Of a stretch of 64,000 bases of DNA, positions 61,801 to 64,000 are shown one piece after another; the first letter of the stretch is position 1, and every line of letters begins with the position of its first letter. The DNA is from Candidatus Eiseniibacteriota bacterium (GTDB lineage: Bacteria > Eisenbacteria > RBG-16-71-46 > JABDJR01), in contig CALOCN010000014.1 of assembly GCA_942491735.1 (NCBI GenBank), positions 3,147,534 through 3,211,533 of the forward strand, given 5' to 3'. The notes beneath the pieces were generated by a model. The model saw nothing but the letters and a program-made list of their open reading frames with translations, made no database searches and was not told the origin of the DNA. A program made the translations under genes and the position numbers.

Positions 61801-63000
61801 CTTCGAAGTGGGCGGAATACGGGAAGTTGGTCAGCTGCGTGTACCCGTCGCCGGCGGGGTATCCATCCCCCTCGCTGAACCCCACCCCCCCCTCGGGATC
61901 GTGGGTGATCCAGTAGGAATGGAAGAAGGAGAAGCGGGACTCGCTGAACAGCGGTTCGAACCGGTCCTCGTAGTTGAACCCGTAGAAGATCACCCAGTCC
62001 CCGTCATCGAGGGTCCCGTTCTCGTTCGAATCGATGACGATCCGGGGCACCGGGGTCAGGGGGAACGGGTTGGCGACCCGGTCGTTGTAGCCCCGCTCCA
62101 TCACCTGGACATCGTCCACCGGCACTCCGGACGGCCAGCCCTGGGAGGCCAGTTCGGAATACGCGACCCGGGCCAAACCGGAGGCCCCGAACCGGACCCG
62201 AACCTGGACCTGACCCTCCTTCACCACCGGCGGGGGCAACTCGGTCATCGCGCGCGTGGCGAAGGAACGGGCCGAGGCCGCGTTGAGCACCACCGCCTTC
62301 TGGATCCCGTCCCAGGCCGGTTCCGGCCCCACCCGCACTTCACGCTCCTCCCCCGGGACGAGGGATGGGGCGCCGACCGCCGAGGTCTCCCGTTCGAACC
62401 GGACCGTGACCTCGATCTCCCGCGCCACCGAGTAGCTTCCCGACCCCAGGTCCACCGACACCGGGCGAACCAGGAGGGACTGGACACGCTGGAAGCGCCA
62501 CCCCTGCACAGGGCCGGCCTCGACCACCGGGGTCAGCCCCGCCACGGCGTAGGCCTGCGGGTCCTCGACGAACGTCTCCACCTGGGTGTCCAGGGGCACC
62601 CCCGGGACGACGGTCCGGGTGGGGACCGGCGCGGGGCGCGGACCCTGGAAGCTGGAGCTCCGGGTCACGCGATGGGTCACCACCGCCCGATGCCCGGCCG
62701 GCACCGCGAAGGGGAACCCGCGCATGGGGAGGCTGGGCGCGCCGGCGGCCTCGCTCCCGGGGCTCACGTAGCCGGGCAAGGCCACGGTGAGCCGCACCCC
62801 GACCTCGGGGTGCTCCTGAAGGGCACGCACCGGCTCCGGGACCCGGATACGCACGACAAACCCATCCGGGCTCTCCGAGACGACGGTCAACCCATCCTCG
62901 GGGCGGGCATCGCTCAACCCGGGGGCCAGCGCGGGGAGCAGCAGGGCAAGAAGAAGGCAGGAAAGGAGCCGGCGGGGGCTTCCGTGATCGCTAGCGTTCA
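58811..63000 (-). CDS. peptidase C25 (gingipain-like) family protein with C-terminal Por/FlgD-Ig-like sorting (beta-sandwich) domain
   Basis: The start is placed at MNASDHGSPRRLLSCLLLALLLPALAPGLSDA (signal peptide). The C25-like catalytic dyad context is FVQFTGHANKN (His) and IFEGYACHLNEF (Cys). The C-terminal NVYFYPNPY...VSVYTVKGRRV...NGVYLFVLEL resembles the Por_Secre_tail/T9SS CTD. The tracked ORF's further 5' extension (to 63964) is spurious. Confidence 0.8.
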
Positions 63001-63121
63001 TGAATACCTCGGGTTTCCCCGCTCGGGGGCTTGGTAGGAAAGCTGACGAGTTTAACCCGAATGGGGATCGGTGGTTCCCGGTTGACCCCCCCTGGAGTCG
63101 CTGATAGCGTGCCACCCCTCC

Positions 63122-64000
63122 ATGATGCGTCGACTGTCGCTCTACTGGGAGTTCTCCCGGCCATTTACGCTCCTCGCCCCCGCCCTGGGGATGCTCTCGG
63201 GCGGGTTGGCCGCCGTGGGCGCTGCTCCCGCGAGCCCCCTGACCGGCACCCTGGGCCTCAACCTGTTGTTCGGCACCCTGATGGCCGTGGCCATGAACGC
63301 CGGCAGCAACGCCCTCAATCAGATCTACGATCTCGATGTGGACCGCGTGAACAAGCCGGACCGGGCTCTTCCCAGTGGTCGGATCTCGATCTCCGAGGCC
63401 TACGGATTGACCGCGGTCCTGTTTGCCCTCGGCCTGGCCCTGGCCTGGGCGGTGAATGTCCTGCTCTTCGTTCTCGCCCTGGGGGCGATCCTCTTCACCG
63501 CGGCCTACTCCATCCCTCCGGCCCGCACCAAGAGCCGGGGGCTGGGCGCCAATTTGACCATCGCCATCCCACGCGGGGTCGGTCTCAAGATCGCCGGGTG
63601 GGCTTGCGTCAAATCCATCTTCGCGGTGGAACCCTGGGCCATCGGCCTCGTGTTCGGGCTCTTCCTCCTGGGCACCACCTCCACCAAGGACTTTGCCGAC
63701 ATCGAAGGGGACAAGGCGGGGGGGTGCCGGACGCTGCCCATCGTCTACGGGGTACGCCGTGCCGCGTGGCTGATCGCGCCGTTCTTTGTCCTGCCGTTTC
63801 TCCTGCTGCCCCTGGGCGCGGGAGTCGGCATCCTCACCGGAAACCGCGTGCTCCTGTCCCTGTTGGGACTGGCCCTGAGCGCCTGGGGAAGCTACGTCGC
63901 GTTCCTCATCGTGAAGGATCCCCGTACGCTGACCGCGGGGGAGAATCACGCCTCCTGGAAACACATGTACGGCATGTTGTTCGTCGCCCAGATCGGGTTG
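63122..64000 (+). CDS. UbiA-family prenyltransferase (partial, runs off window end)
   Basis: This ORF is not in the supplied track (no stop in the window). The ATG is at 63122. It is polytopic, with NALNQIYDLDVDRVNKPDRALPSGRIS (the UbiA Asp-rich motif, DGGGP-synthase/BchG-like) and a second motif KDFADIEGDKAGG. Confidence 0.7.
   Translation, partial: MMRRLSLYWEFSRPFTLLAPALGMLSGGLAAVGAAPASPLTGTLGLNLLFGTLMAVAMNAGSNALNQIYDLDVDRVNKPDRALPSGRISISEAYGLTAVLFALGLALAWAVNVLLFVLALGAILFTAAYSIPPARTKSRGLGANLTIAIPRGVGLKIAGWACVKSIFAVEPWAIGLVFGLFLLGTTSTKDFADIEGDKAGGCRTLPIVYGVRRAAWLIAPFFVLPFLLLPLGAGVGILTGNRVLLSLLGLALSAWGSYVAFLIVKDPRTLTAGENHASWKHMYGMLFVAQIGL

Noticed and set aside
58838-63037. 1399-aa plus-strand ORF antisense to the C25 protease gene.
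   Set aside because: It is a shadow ORF with composition-driven low complexity. The minus-strand frame carries the catalytic dyad and a signal peptide.
63001-63964. N-terminal extension of the tracked 1717-aa minus-strand ORF (acidic, Gln/Glu/Arg-rich).
   Set aside because: An internal Met followed by a textbook signal peptide sits at 63000. The extension overlaps a well-supported plus-strand UbiA-family gene and is low-complexity.

Overview
This is a high-GC (about 70% by eye) bacterial chromosomal segment that is almost entirely coding, with most genes on the minus strand. No BLAST, HMM or structure search was possible, so every family assignment rests on remembered motifs and family signatures, and the start codons I chose are best guesses. 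The likely source is a sigma-54-containing, non-actinobacterial, Gemmatimonadota-like organism; the basis is two sigma-54 activators carrying GAFTGA motifs, many TPR lipoproteins, a GWxTD-domain protein and a C25 protease with a Por-type C-terminal sorting domain.

What I can read from the sequence, in order:
- An exopolysaccharide/sugar-nucleotide cluster: wecB, rfbB, a nucleotide-sugar dehydrogenase, a frameshifted GT4 glycosyltransferase and a MurJ-like flippase.
- A pyrimidine operon collinear with the Bacillus pyr operon: pyrR-pyrB-pyrC-(membrane protein)-(ABM)-carA-(low-GC unknown gene)-carB, then pyrK-pyrD-pyrF. It is interrupted between carB and pyrK by an accessory block of about 12 kb (8798-20686).
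- That block carries a giant TPR lipoprotein, a translationally coupled SBP5-like lipoprotein/histidine kinase/sigma-54 response regulator trio, a secreted HExxH zinc metalloprotease lipoprotein, a TPR protein and a small outer-membrane beta-barrel.
- A DUF222+HNH endonuclease gene that looks like a selfish element.
- A conserved housekeeping run: glyQS, eda, recO, DUF502, two CNNM/CorC-type genes, ybeY, the 7TMR-HD (PgpH-like) gene, phoH, tRNA-Gln, aspS and hisS.
- A sigma-54 module: small secreted protein, TPR-GAF-sigma-54 activator, GWxTD protein, TonB-C protein.
- A GGDEF cyclase, HU, a large C25 (gingipain-like) protease with a Por/FlgD-like tail, and a partial UbiA prenyltransferase that the ORF track missed.

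Candidates for a second look: the ~50%-GC gene spliced between carA and carB; the SBP-kinase-sigma-54 regulator trio beside the metalloprotease; the TPR-GAF-sigma-54 activator module with its predicted -24/-12 promoter and upstream palindromes; the 41-bp periodic palindrome array inside the pyr operon; and the PyrR attenuator. I saw no CRISPR array, rRNA or obvious transposase.
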